64,000 nucleotides of DNA from Octopus sinensis. Its lineage: Eukaryota. The notes beneath the pieces were generated by a model. It was given only the letters and a program-made list of their open reading frames with translations. It ran no database searches and had not been told where the DNA came from. Both the position numbers and the translations under genes were made by a program. Positions 1 to 14,200 of this stretch are shown here, piece by piece; the stretch's first letter is position 1, and each line of letters begins with the position of its first letter. Where the stretch lies: positions 30,318,001-30,382,000 of the forward strand of contig NC_043013.1 of NCBI RefSeq assembly GCF_006345805.1, read 5' to 3'.

Positions 1-2671
1 CCATTTGTTATATGTAGAAATAAGTCATATTTTAATAAAAGTTGAAACATTTAAGCTTCAAATAGATGAATAAACATGAAAGTAAATAGAAAGAAATAGC
101 ACTGAAACATTGTGTCCGCGATTTTTCCGCCTCATTTACTTCTGTGTCAGATCATTTCATGTATGATGATCACGTGTTTGTTTTCTTTTCGAACAAACCT
201 ATTTAGTAAAAAAAAAGGATATACTACTTCCAAGCTTCGATCAACCAATGAACATCTAATTTTTCTTATTATACAAAATGTTTTTGTGTTATCACTCCAC
301 TTACTCTACATAACATTTCCCTGTTGTTTTGAATCTGAAGGGGATATTCGTATTCAGGTTGTTACAGAAATTTCCAAATGAGCGGCAAAAATTATAGCCA
401 ATGTTTGCCCGAGTTCTCTCGTTGCTTTTGCAGCCTTCTTTCACATTGCACTGTTCGTTTTTGTTGGGTAAGATTCATTTTAGCGTCAAGTATTTGGTTT
501 TGTAAATAGAACATTCCATTTCATTTATTCTGTTGATTTGCTCACTGCCTTATCGTTGCTACTTTGCGAGAAATTTTGCGTAGTTCAATTATATTTGGCC
601 ATTCGTTGAATTATATGTGCTTGAACAAACTGTGCTGAGGAACAGAACAATAATGCAATCTAAGAAAAACCCCTGTGGCTTACGTGTTCTCATCATAAGT
701 AACATTACTACATTTTTTTATTTACATATTCTTTCATAATTTTTTATTAATAATATTTTTTCTACAAACGTTAAGCTGAATCTCGATTACTTAGTTATTA
801 GATTATTCTAAAATTTGATATATGTTATATTGGAAATTACAAAAAAAATGCTTCTATGTTATTTTATTTCCTTACCGTTATAAATATATAGATATTTATA
901 TGTATAAATGTTCAGAATATAGTGACATTTATTAAAAAAAATATTTAATTATGAAATATATTTTGACATCTAGGATTCCATATTTTACAAATAAAATAAA
1001 TATACCATACATGAATTTAATGGATAAATTGAATAAATTAACTTTTCACCAGGTGGCGAAGTAGTATATAAATTAGAGTATAAGGCAGACTCGCTGTACT
1101 CCGAGTTATATCCTGTGAGTTAAAAGTGTGCTTTTATCCTTTTAGAGGCAGAATAGGGTACCAAGCCAAGATGCTGGATAAATGGAACTGAAAGAGATCA
1201 TACACCTTCTTGAGGTATTTGTTCTGTCCCTTTACCTTCCGAGTGTAATTACAGTTACGGCTTACGTGGCTAATATACATAATCGATTCTTTTGTCTAAC
1301 TACACCATCTACAACCGAAGAAATTGTGTGATGGTGATGTGGTCATTGCCTACTCTCCTGACCGAAAGAATGGAACAATACTCAAAAAATTATCTAGCGT
1401 TGAATGGACGGAGAGACAGAGAAACACCGATTATATTACGATATAGATTCTGCTTGCAGCGTTGCATTTATTATGAGTTTGTTATTTCATTGCATCGTTT
1501 AGAAGATTAAAATTATTCTGTTCTTCTGTTATCGGAGTCACTTCTCATTACCGTCTTAGTTGCCAAATTGTTAAGATTTTTCATGAAACAGAATCAAATA
1601 AAAAACCAAACTATATTTCTATTCCTAGGGGAGACATTTCAAAAGTTTTGTTTTACACTCTTGTTGCATATGCTAATACATAAAAAGTTCAACAAAAGTT
1701 AACTCAGGTTAGAATAGAAAACAAGAAGAATAAATCCAAACAAAAGAAATATATATACACGTCTTTTCATTGCAAAATCCGGTAATAATGATAATAAATT
1801 ATTGCTATGAAAATATTGACAATAACAAAATAAGTTTCTGTCTCGCCAAAATCAATAAAAGAATAAAGTTATCAACCATATAATATTGTTGATTGTTCTC
1901 AACATTTATCTGAATATTGAGAAATAGTTGGAATGTTTGGCAGAATTTATTGGAGTTTTGAGCAGAATATTGAAGCGGTTTTGAGCTGATGTGTCTTGCT
2001 TGCCAGAGGAAACATTTCATGCGGTAAAGTGTAAGGAAATGACTATTAGAGGAAGATGAGTGTGATAAATATGTATTATAGAATAATCAAATAAGAAAGC
2101 TAAAAAATCAAATGTATAGCTGTTGTTCATTTAGTTCCAGTTCAAACCTGAATGGGTAGAACTATGATCATATTTATACAAACCGCTTTTTCTGTTCTTT
2201 TAAGGGTATTCTACATATAGGAATACATTATGCAAATTAAAATGTGTTACATAGTAGGGCATGTATTAAGAGGTATGGTGCTGCCATATCTACCCGTTCG
2301 ACCAACATCTTAGTGGTTCTTAGGTCTTATTTGAATTAAGTGCCAACAACAGCTTTCCATCATAATTATAAATCTCTCTTTGTGACATAATAGAATCGCA
2401 CTTCATTGTCCAGGGCACACATTAGATTCTAGAAGGAAAATTACAACGCACTTAACTCATAATTATTTCCCATTTGTCGTTAATTTAAATGTGTAAAACT
2501 TCGTAAATACCATTCATACCTTTTCTTCACAGGTGGAAATAAGCACAATGAATACTCTCTTTTCATCAATAATTTAATCTTTATCAAATAATTCTAGCTC
2601 CAGGTACTTTTCACTAAGAGAAGGAAATGTTTCCCCCACACTGGTAGTTGAATATTTCAACGTATCTGAAA

Positions 2672-2957
2672 TGGTCAGGTATCTGGCTTAGAAGTTATTG
2701 AACCGTATCTGAAATTCTAAAACATTTTTTTCATAAAATATAATGCTGGGAGTAATTCTGTGTAACACACTTTTGTGGAACATGCAATAAGCAAATTACT
2801 TTCAAATACCTGTTTTTCTAATCGAGTTCGAAAAATGATAATTTTCGATGTCATTGTTACGATTTTGAAATATTTGGTTAAGCTGATATCACATATGTCA
2901 ATTAAAACGCGTTATATATTTAGAGAAGTAACGTCATCTACGCCAGATACCTGACCA
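2672..2957. repeat. Short element bounded by 21-bp inverted repeats (MITE-like)
   Basis: TGGTCAGGTATCTGGCTTAGA (2672-2692) versus TCTACGCCAGATACCTGACCA (2937-2957), 20/21 reverse-complement match. No TSD seen. Confidence 0.4.
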
Positions 2958-3029
2958 AACCCCTTACACAGTCCTCTGCATATTGGGGAATTTTATGTGC
3001 ATATTTGCTTGTCACTACACACACACACA

Positions 3030-4215
3030 TACTGGGTCATCCCATAAATACTGCAGGTTTTAAACTTCTTTATTTCTGAAAAGTAAGATAAAGTTCTTTT
3101 TTAATCTAAAGTATACACTTCTTCCTTTTCTACAATACCCTTCCATCTATCTGGTAGATTTGCAAGGCCCTTCTTCCAAAATTCACTTATCTCCGACGGA
3201 AAGTACTTGTGTTGACCTCGTCTACCCAATTCATATTTTTTCCGTCCAAATGATTCTGAAGACTCCCGAATGAATAATAATCAAATAGGGAATGTACGGT
3301 GACTATGGTGGGTGGGGCATCGTTGGAATGTCATTCTCGCTGTATGACATTGAGCATTATTCTGATGGAAGAACAACTTTCGCCTTGAAACCAAATATGG
3401 TCGTTTTTCTTCCAGCGCTGATGTAAGCGGCTCAAGCTGCTTGCAGAAGATCTATTTCATTATCGTTTGGTCTGGGTTTAAAACCCCAAAGTGGATTAAG
3501 CCTTTCATATGCCGCCAAACAGTTAACAACAACTTAGGTGGGTGAAGACCTTCTTTAGTCTGAGGTGCCGGTGTTTCTCCTTTCCTTACCCAATGCATTC
3601 GGCGCTTGACATTTTTATAGAGAACCCATTTTTCGTCACCAGTCACTATTCGATGCAAAACGTTTCATGTGGGAGACGTGACAGCAAAGAAGAGCACACG
3701 TTCACTCACTACGCACGATTAGATTCGGTAAGATTGTGAGAAAACGATCGACCCAATTTTCTGACTTTTCCTATGAAACGCAGGTGTCTATGAATGGTTG
3801 AATGACTAATTCCAAGGTTCTCTGCTAGTTCCTCAACAGTTACAATGATATTTTGTTCCACTGTAGTTTCCTGCTCGGATTTTCCGGAACTACCGTTGAC
3901 ACTGGCTTACGTTTATTGTCCGACCCTCATATATTGCATGTAATGTTCCTCGCATTTTCCCTTGCCTCGTTGCCTTTATTGAACTTATAAAGCAAAATAT
4001 GCTGAATATGTACCTTTGTCTCTTCCATTATAGCTTTGAAAAAGCTAACTGCTGAAATTGAACATCACTCCTCAAAACTTGCACTAAGAATAAGGACAAG
4101 GTAAAATTACTACCTGTTATTTTAGCAAGTTTATACAGGTAGTTCATCACGCCCCACCTTCGAATTTTAGTTCATGGAATTGGAAAAACCACATTATTTA
4201 TGGAATTACCCAATA
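3030..4215 (-). mobile_element. Decayed mariner DNA transposon, near full length
   Basis: TIRs TA|CTGGGTCATCCCATAAATA and TATTTATGGAATTACCCAA|TA with TA TSDs. Minus-strand transposase remnants include RIVTGDEKWVLY, EGLHPPK, HQNNAQCH (degenerate HDNA) and a degenerate YSPDLAP-like stretch followed by SLQNHL. Confidence 0.9.
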
Positions 4216-4277
4216 AATATATACATACGTACATACAGAGAGACACACGCACATATTTATATACGTGCACACATACA

Positions 4278-4348
<71 letters not shown>

Positions 4349-5192
4349 TGCATTATAATATATGACGAGAGAGACAGAGAAAGATAGGCAGTCGGAAGGA
4401 AGTAGAGATAAGGAAGTTTATTGATGACTGTATTTGAAACAGAATATAAAATTCAAATCGTTAGTCCCAAGTCAATTAGAATTAAATGTCTATTTCGGTA
4501 AGATGCTGCGTACCACATAAGTTTACATACATAATTTCTTAAAAGCTGAGGAGATACGGAGTGGGCATCGTTAAAAGTTTCAGCCCATTTCCATAACTAT
4601 TATATATTGCGAAGTGTTTAACTCCTTTACCATAATACTTATCTAATAAGTTTTGATAGTCCTTTAAATGAAGGACCCACGTCAGAAGCTTTCTTTTGTC
4701 GAGAGATTTAATCTGAAAAATTATTTATTAAAACTTACTCTACTGTATGTTTATGGAGGCGGTTCTTGTACCATATAATAACCACGATGGAGTTGTATAA
4801 TATAATCCTTGTCAGAATTTCAAAATAATTTCATTGTTAAAAGATCTTGCCAATAAATTTCAACTGTAAATTAGTAAAATTGTTTAAAACAAAGAATTTG
4901 TTTTAAATCATTAATAATTTTTCTGCAACGTCTAGAATATGAAATTTCAGACTTATGATAATGGTGCTTATGAAGTAGCGTTGAAAGAAAATTGCTCAAC
5001 AAAAAGTGATAGTGGAATTCACCGCTCTAAATTTAGCCCGATACCTCCTTGAAAATTATCGCGCGTGCGCACACACACATACATGAACACACGCACACAC
5101 ATACACATACACACGCACATACACACACACAAACATATAGATTGAATACACAAACACACACACACACACACACATATATATTTATATATACG

Positions 5193-5260
<68 letters not shown>

Positions 5261-6331
5261 ATATTATATATATATATATGTGTGTATATATATATGTGTG
5301 TGTGCGTTTTTGTATGTGTAATGTTTGTAGAGAGATAGCTATACAGCCATAGTACCATACATAAACGCACACACACACACACATATGCATTCACTTCTCA
5401 TTTATTGTTTCAGCTTAAATAAAGTTTCATACTAGATAAGCATCTGAACTTCTTGAACTTACCCAACAGTAATGAAAGTAAAAAGGGATACTTGAAAATA
5501 CTTGCATAATATATTTTATATTTTATCTTACGTTTCTATCACTGAGCTGTTGATTTTTATTTTTGTTTAAAGTATCAAGTCTTTCAATATAAATGACAGA
5601 AATAAAGCGTTTTTATTTTAAGACAATTATATTATAAATTGCAATATTAAACTTTATACAGTACTATTGCCGGAACTCCGCTGAATGGAGAAGTTTTAAT
5701 ATTTCCACGAATAGATTCAGTGTACAATCGAGTGGCACTAGGATATTACAAATTGATTATCTACATACATCGGAGAAAGTAATCAGTGAGGTTATCGAGG
5801 AAATAATTTCCAAAGATTTATAAATTTTATATTTTTAGTTATCCAGTTTAGAAAAGATATTTGCTTCGTTTCTATGTAAATACTGCAAAGAAAGGCATAT
5901 ATACAAAACAAAAAGTATTTGATAAAACGAAATAGAATCAAATCATGTTTTCGTTTTGGGCAATTTTATTTTAGAATGCACGAAGCTGGCATAAGAAAAA
6001 TATCGTTGTGATCATCATCTGTCTACATTTTACTTAGAAATAAACATGAGAATATGATCAAGACAATATATACGAATTTAAAAACACATCACAATTCAAA
6101 CGTATAAATACTTGCTTCTGCGGTAGTTGTTTATACATAGACACATACATACACATACGCGGGCGCATACACACACACACAAGTGTGAGTAGAAAGCAAA
6201 CATATGTATTAGTATAACGCTCAGGAATCGAAAAAGTCTTTTACGTTTTGAGCCTACGCTCTTCTACAGAAAGGAACACAGAAAGAAACAAGGAGAGAAA
6301 AAATGTGTGAATTGGCTACAGATCTATCATG

Positions 6332-6332
<1 letters not shown>

Positions 6333-6370
<38 letters not shown>

Positions 6371-6400
6371 ATATAATATATATATATATATATATATATT

Positions 6401-6477
<77 letters not shown>

Positions 6478-6501
6478 TATATTTGTTATATATATATATA
6501 T

Positions 6502-6586
<85 letters not shown>

Positions 6587-6699
6587 CATACATATATATA
6601 TATATATAATATATTATATATATATATATACATACATACATATATATATAATATATATATTATATATATATATATATATATACATATACATACATATAT

Positions 6700-6743
<44 letters not shown>

Positions 6744-6754
6744 CATATACATAC

Positions 6755-6787
<33 letters not shown>

Positions 6788-6798
6788 ATATTATACAT

Positions 6799-6855
<57 letters not shown>

Positions 6856-6876
6856 CATACATATATATATATATAT
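6333..6876. repeat. ~545-bp compound (TA)n/(TACA) microsatellite
   Basis: Directly visible. Confidence 0.95.
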
Positions 6877-8259
6877 GCGCGCCTGAAGTGGTCTAGGTTT
6901 GGCGTTGTCACCATCTATTCCAAGTCTGGCTTTCAATGGGTCTCAATCCCTACATAAATAATTAAATGTTTATCCATTATATTCAATAATATTCAAGTAG
7001 CTAACCTCTTAAACGTTTCTTGAGATTTTAAATGAGATTTATATTTTTCATTTCATATAACTAATGAATGTCTCCAATATATTAATGTTAAATCTACACA
7101 CATTAGATCTGTCTTTAACAGTGTTTCCATTAACATTTCTAGTCTTTTCGCACAAGTAGGTTCTGTAATTATGCCTCTTAGTATAATAATGTTTTTTTCT
7201 CTATTAAAACATTTTGCATCTCTATCACTAGACTAAACATTTACTCTACTCAAATAATTAATAAAGACAAATAACGTCCCTAGTTTTTACTCGCATAAAA
7301 ATCTCAGAAATAAATTCCTTTCTTTCTATACATATTTCTAATACTAATAGTTTTAATCTCATGTTACCTGCTATTGATGTTCCGCAATAAATATACCTTG
7401 ATTTACCTTGACGGTATCATAGTGAATGAGCAACAACAAGTTTCTAAAATCCTCCAATATCTTCAGATATAAGCGTATTATCGTTTGTTGAATAGAAATT
7501 TAACATTTATGTGCTGAAGTTATAACAACACATTAGGAGAATGTTTTAATGGTAGGAGTAAAGGAAGAAATATCATTTATATATATCTTACTGGCATATT
7601 ACGGAAGGAGTTGTCGTAAGGATTCCGAATGACTGCATGTCACTTGCATATTATTAATAAATATATGTAATATGTTTAAAACCAGTTTTCTTTGCAAATG
7701 AATCTATGCACATGTTCTGGTAGAGTTTTGGATATCTAGCTACATATAATGCTTGAGTATGTTGGAAGTCGATTTAGAATAAAGTGTGAAATGATATTCA
7801 TTGACTAGAAAGTTGATAGAATCAACTTTTAACTTTTGTATATAATTATCACTTCGGGAAAATGTGATTCTCATACATGTGAATCCGTATCTTTCTATAG
7901 AAGTATCTACTCCAGAAACGGGGCTATTACTGCACTCCTGAAAGCTGTCTCGAACTAGAAATTCTCCTCGCAAAATCCAACCCATCACGCAAGAATTTTA
8001 TTGATATGTTAAATATATGAAAGCTGCTTGCATAGGTTTATACGTTTTTCAACAATTACAGCACCTATCGATACATTTTGCCGGACTGCTAGTTTGTGGG
8101 GACGTATACAAACTAGCGCCAGCTGTCAAGCGGTGATGGAGACAAACACAGACACAAAAATAAGCACAACCTCACGTGCATACATACAGGCACACACAAA
8201 TAATCACACACATACGCACGTACGCACAACACAGAACAAACATACAAATATATATATAG

Positions 8260-8316
<57 letters not shown>

Positions 8317-8379
8317 TATTCGCATTTGGCGGTTATGTAAGCAACAACTACCCCAAAAGTATGCTATCTACTCCAGTTA

Positions 8380-9240
8380 TGAAAAAAAGAGAGGATGAGG
8401 CCAGTCTGTCCATAGTCTGTCTACCCTATCTGAAAGGCCTCTCCGAAAAGATACAAAAGATATGTGGCCCATATGACATCAGAACAGTATCCAAGAGTAA
8501 TATAACACTTCGCAAATATCTCCGAGTAAAACCACCAATAGAAGAGAATATGACCAAAGACTGCACGTACTCCATCCCATGCAGCTGTGGTAGGTTATAC
8601 AGAGGCGAAACATGCTGCACCCTCAAAATAAGGGTAGACGAACATCGCAAAGCTGTGACACGAGGAGGTATTGATAAATCGGGTATAGCTGATAATGTAT
8701 GGAAAAATAGAGACCACATTCTCCCTTCATTGACACCCCGTTCTTCCACATCCCATCCCCACACATCACACTCTCACGTATCTCACCCCTACCACCAAAC
8801 CGCCACCCCCAATCCACACTGTCACATCCTCATTCTAAACCCTCACCCCACCCTCAAATCCTCACTTCATACCAACACCGCACCCACACCATATCCTTAC
8901 CACACCACATGTCCCCAGCCCTTATCCACACGTACACACTTAACACACACACTTTCACATACGCACATGTACGCGCACCTTCGTGTTGGGACCACCAATA
9001 CTTTATTATCTCCCCATCTTCCTAGCTCTCCTGTCCAACTACCTTTTTCCAGCTAGTCGCCATGATTGACCGCTAAATCCACAAGTCTCTTTTATTCTCG
9101 TGTTCCTTCCTGTTGAAGAGCGTCGGCTCGGAACGTAAAATACTTTTTCACCTTCCTGAGCTTCAACTTAAAACATCCCCTTGTTGTTTATGCACCTGTC
9201 TTCATCTTTTGTTTTTCTGTAAATTTCAACTGTATGTATA
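8380..9240 (+). mobile_element. Penelope-like element remnant (Penelope/Poseidon-type C-terminal GIY-YIG endonuclease plus C-rich 3' region)
   Basis: Part of ORF 8028-9056 reads VCLPYLKGLSEKIQKIC...YSIPCSCGRLYRGETCCTLKIRVDEHRKAV...KSGIADNVW, matching the PLE endonuclease (YxIPCxCGxxYIGET...RxxEH). A C-rich tract follows at 8720-9050, then a pLTR-like tail. Confidence 0.8.
9105..9150 (+). ncRNA. Degenerate hammerhead-ribozyme-like motif in PLE tail
   Basis: TTGAAGA-GCGTCGGCTC-GGAACGT resembles CUGANGA...GAAA, but both core boxes deviate. Confidence 0.3.
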
Positions 9241-10134
9241 TATATACATGGCAATTCGTTTTCAAAAGTTTTGTAGATGTTCATATATATCTTTCAATCA
9301 TGAGCATCGAACTTTGTAATGCAGGTTTCCAACTTGCATCAACATCTTACACAAATTCTCATTTGCTACAATCTTACAGTATTAGTACAAAGGAATGTTA
9401 TTGTTCTTGTAGAAGAGAATGTCCTTAAAATTTCAGCAGCTCATAATAAGATGTTATAATAACTGTTCGTCCGTGAAACATTAAACTCATTGTGACGACT
9501 CGTTCACCGATTAATTTAATGAAAAATGTAAGCTTGCAATGTGCGGCAGCAAATCAATTAAAACCAACGACGTTCGTTTGAATGTCATTTAGAAATAAAT
9601 TTAGCACAGGTGCTGAGTATTTAGATTAGTGAAACGTTACTAAAATTACTGAATCGTTACTTGGGTCAAAGGACCATGATTCGGATCAGTGAAACGTTAT
9701 CGGGATCAGTAATCAATGAATGAATTGCCGATTGAATTTTGATATTGATAGAGTGCAGGAAGCAATTTTGTGCTCAGGTGTGATGCAAGAATGAGTTTCA
9801 TTGTACCAAACGGTGGAATTACTTTCTAATTGATAATGCTATTTTTCAAACCACTGAAGTCAATGTGTCTTGGACACTCAAAATAGTGGATTTTTAATTA
9901 AGATTTTTTCAGTAATATTAACTGCTGAAGCTTAGCTAAACGTTGTTCCTTGATTGGTAAGACGTGTTGCCGAGTACATTTCGGCGTTGTCAAATTTGAT
10001 CAATTTATTTTTGAATCAGAGTTATATGACAAGTGCTTTAAAGTATGCATTGTGAGAATAACGATAAGTTTATTTGTTATGAGTAGCAGATCTTCCGTCT
10101 GCATAGAGGTCTTTCTTTTTTTTTTGGTGGTTGG

Positions 10135-10403
10135 GGCATTTGAACTCAGAACGTAGCGGCAGAAGAAATGCCTATTGCTTTACTACCCACAAGGGGATAA
10201 ACACAAAGAGGACAAACAAGGAAAGACAAACGATTAAGTCGATTATATCGACCCCAGTGCGTAACTGGTACTTAATTTATCGACCCCGAAAGAATTAAAG
10301 CAAAGTCGACCTTGGCGGAATTTGAACTCAGAAAGTAACGGTAGATGATATACCACAAAACATTTCGCTCCGCGCGCTAACGTTTCTGCCAGCTCGCCGC
10401 CTT
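10135..10403 (-). mobile_element. tRNA-derived SINE (Deu/Nin-domain-like), composite form
   Basis: Minus-strand head AAGGCGGCGAGCTGGCAG, B box GAGTTCAAATTCC, core TTCGGGGTCGATAAATTAAGTACCAGT. Confidence 0.85.
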
Positions 10404-10524
10404 AATTTGTTTAACTATATTAGAAACAAAACAAAAAAAAAACAGCCATACTTATATTAGCAGTGTATAAATCCAACAGAGTTAATGCTATTTCTACAAA
10501 GAATAAGTTAATTGCAACAGATGT

Positions 10525-11220
10525 AGGATCTTTTCCTTTTGAATGGCACATGTCAACACAATTTCTAGTTAACTAAACACTTTTAAACTTCGTATACTGG
10601 TAGAATGTGTTTAAAAAACATCATTTTTTCTTGGCTTTATTGAGAAAATTCTATAGTTTGTAACATATTTCGACTTTAATTTCGAGCATTTCGGTAATTT
10701 TAACCAATCGCTGACCTCCATTGACGTAAACAACATTCCGTTTCATTTCATTTGACCCCGCTAGAAAAAAATCCCATTTTCCGTAGCGGTGTCGTATGAA
10801 ATTGTCACCCATAATTATAACCCTAGTATCGATCTATTGCATTTCAATCTATTTTAGGGTTGGGGTTAGAGTTATGGTTAGGGTTATAGTTAGGGGTAGG
10901 GTTAGGGTTAGCGTTAGCGTTAGGGATGAGGAAGGGTATCTTTTTTTTCGCAAATGTAAATAAACCCAATCTTTTTCTTAAACGAGTGAAATATTCATAC
11001 AGCAGGGAGTGTTTTCACCCCAAATGGAGGTCAGCGATTGGTTAAAATTGCCGAAATGCTTGAAATTTCAGACGAAATATGTTACAAACTATAGAATTTT
11101 CTCAATAAAGCCAATAAAAAATGAGGTTTTATAAACACATTCTACCAGTATACGAAGTTTAAAAGTGTTTAGTTAACTAGAAATTGTGTTGACATGTGCC
11201 GTTCAAAAGGAAAAGATCCC
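10525..11220. mobile_element. 696-bp non-autonomous DNA transposon (MITE) with ~200-bp TIRs, 6-bp TSD AGATGT and internal TTAGGG-like tract
   Basis: Starts AGGATCTTTTCCTTTTGAATGGCACATGTCAAC and ends GTTGACATGTGCCGTTCAAAAGGAAAAGATCCC. AGATGT lies at 10519-10524 and 11221-11226. Confidence 0.9.
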
Positions 11221-14200
11221 AGATGTACTAGTTTCAAGCAGCAATTGAAATGACAAATTTGAAAATTCACCCTCTAACATTTAAATCTTTTGATAGATGT
11301 CCATGATATGCTAGCTTTTGTTTCTAATTAATATACATATGGACATGCATTTTTTTCTAGGAGCATTTTATAGACGACACACACCTAGCTATATCAATCT
11401 AAACAAATAAAAGGTAAATATAACCAACTAGGTTTTATCCAGAACTTAAAAGTTCGGAACAAATTGATTCAGTGATTTCACATGGCGTGTAGGCTATTCG
11501 CGTTACCAAAAGTTTTGCTATCTTCTAGAACATACGAAGAGAATGATGAAATATCTATTTTGAAACTAAAGGATTTTGTATAAAAATACATAATCATTTC
11601 ATACCCATACGAAACAAAACATGAATTGGCCTCTTTGAGTAATAATTCCCTGTAAAAAATCAATCTAAATAAAATACCTCAAAATAAAAAGTGCACTAAG
11701 TCACCTCATTGAAACGTACATATTTAAAAAAAGATTGCTTAATGATGTACTGAAAGGCACGCATTCACACGCATCTATATACATGTGTGTGTGTATGTGC
11801 GCGCGTGCGTATGCCTATGTACGTGCTTAAAGAATATTTAATATAATTAATTCTTGAATAGCTCCAGTTTGGCTATTGAAGAAAAGTGGCTTAGGAACAC
11901 GTTTACATTGTTTAGAATCGATATATCTAGGTACAAATTTTAAGTTCAACGTACATTCCTTCTTTTAGGCATGGTGCATTATATATATTAAAAAAAAAAC
12001 CTATATTTAATTTAGACATAGGATACTTTCCAGTACAAGAAAGCAATTCAATCATTTTTATTGTTTATCTTCTGTGAGTTTTTGTTCACGTGATAAAGTT
12101 GAACCCAATAATCCGTTATGTTATAAATGCACTCTATAAACTTGTTCATTATTTCCAAAGAAATTCTCCTTCTAGATTGGTGGAATAAGCTCTGCAACAC
12201 GGCAAAGAATATTCTATATTTCCAGTTATACTTCGAATGAGATTATTCTGATACAAATTTTTGCCAAGTACGCAGTTTCTAAAAGTCTTAGCTATGGAAT
12301 TACTTCAAATCACACCGCACTACCTAATGAAATGAACAATTCAATGGACAATGTTAATATTTGATACATAGTATTTTCTAGAAAGATGGATATACTCAAT
12401 CGGTGACGACCCGGGCTTACGTAATGGCATGTATACCTGAGTCAAATATGATTTTTTTAAGACAGCAAGTATACTTCATGTTATCAATTGTTGGCCCTTT
12501 TAAAAACATGAAGTCATAAATGACGTTATATAATATCAGAATGAAGTATGAACTATTAAACAGATATAAAACCATGCCTCAAATGATCGAACATTCCTCT
12601 TGTACCAACGCCTTCTTTTAATTACGACTGAGCGGAGCTTGAGCGGGATGGGTGGGGAAAGGGAAGAGGAAAAATAGAATATTACTCGCAAGTGATGAGG
12701 GACATTTGTTAACATTGCAGTGAGTAATAACTAATACAGAATCAGGGGCAAAGATATTCATCCTAAGGTAATGCATTCATTCGTATATAATATTTATAAA
12801 ATAAATTGAAAAACGCATTTAAGTTTTGAATTTTGATTGGAGGAATATTGCTGTAAAACTGTATTTTGAAACTGACTTTGTGGCAATTTGGAAGTAAGTG
12901 GTTAGTAATAACTGCCAATAAACACACTTACTGGTTCTTATTTACTTCAATTTTAGATTTATTAGCTTAGTTGCTAGAAGGTTATTGTCGCACGATTCAC
13001 ATATTTCTAATTTCAAGATCTTTCAAAACGTCACAGTAATATAACGAAAAATATCTGATAAATTGATTAGCAATATATGTAAACATGATATGCAGTACAA
13101 GCATTGCGTGTGTTTGATGACTGTATGACTGCCCAACAATAACAAGAATATGTTATGAACAAGTAATATTTAGATTCTCTGGGTAAAAATGAATACTATT
13201 TTTCGATACTTGATTTCACGTTAGTTTCTTATGAGAAACGATGTGAAATAAAATGTTGCAATTTCAATATTTGGAGGAAATATTATCTGTGTTTTTTTGG
13301 TTTTTATTTTTGTATTATTTTTTCTTTTTTTTTTCGCTTTTACCTTAACTTTTATTAAAGTTTTGAGTTGTGAAAAAAGTAAATACTGCTGGTCACGAAT
13401 ATCAGGCTTTTCCAAATTTTCAAATAAATGTAGTTGTTTTGTCAGGTCTTCTACTGTCAATTCTCAGTAAATCTTGGGATTCCAGAAGAGTGGAGGTAAG
13501 AGCTGTATAGAGATCTCATCTGAAAATCACATTTGCTTCGTATTTGCGTGGAAGGTATTTTATTTGCATACGCAAAATCAAGCCTTGATAATACTTCTCG
13601 TCACTTTGTGAAATACTTCAACACTTCGTCGGTTCAAATGTAGAAACTGCGAAACTCGACCGAATACCGTTCTCACTTGAGCTGATGCTTCTCCGCTACG
13701 CTATACGGTACAAGAACTTTAATGAGGAAAACCTAACTACAAATGATCAGAAGTGAATTTCTCTCCGTGGAACAATAACTCGTCATAAATGAATTTGTTG
13801 TCAAAATCGTGCACTTAAGTAGTTTTGCTACTGATTGGTGAATATCAATAGGATCAATAGAGCTCCAAGAATTAAAACCAATATACAAATCTTGAAATTG
13901 TAGAACATCAATTGGAGGAGGAAAGTGTTTCTGTGTGAGGTGTGCGTGAATAAAATATCGAAAGAACAGACGATCAGTTGACAGTGTGAATATTTATTCT
14001 ACGGGTAGTTTGGATAGGCGCGATCTGCTGGCCAATAGTATGAGAGTGATATATAAAGGTGAGCGTCACATGTGATTTTCTAACAAACAAACCAAAAAAA
14101 GAAAGAAAGAAAGAATTGAAAATGCTTGGAGTTCTGCAAGGATCAGGCTGTTCACGAACCCTGAAAAGACATCAGTTTTCTTCTTGACAATAAAGTATTG

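Noticed and set aside
5019-6936. Many 60-125-aa ORFs rich in YI/CV/HT dipeptides (also at ~17.7k, 32.9k, 37.3k, 39.7k, 42.3k, 45.6k and 47k)
   Set aside because: They are read-throughs of (TA)n/(CA)n microsatellites that lack stop codons, not genes.
8028-9056. 342-aa ORF as a host gene
   Set aside because: It is a chance fusion of microsatellite, PLE endonuclease remnant and C-rich tract.
10855-10925. True telomere or chromosome-fusion scar
   Set aside because: The tract is short, degenerate and enclosed within a TIR element with a TSD.
13344-13519. Minus-strand exon candidate with plausible splice sites
   Set aside because: All three frames contain a stop codon within the interval.
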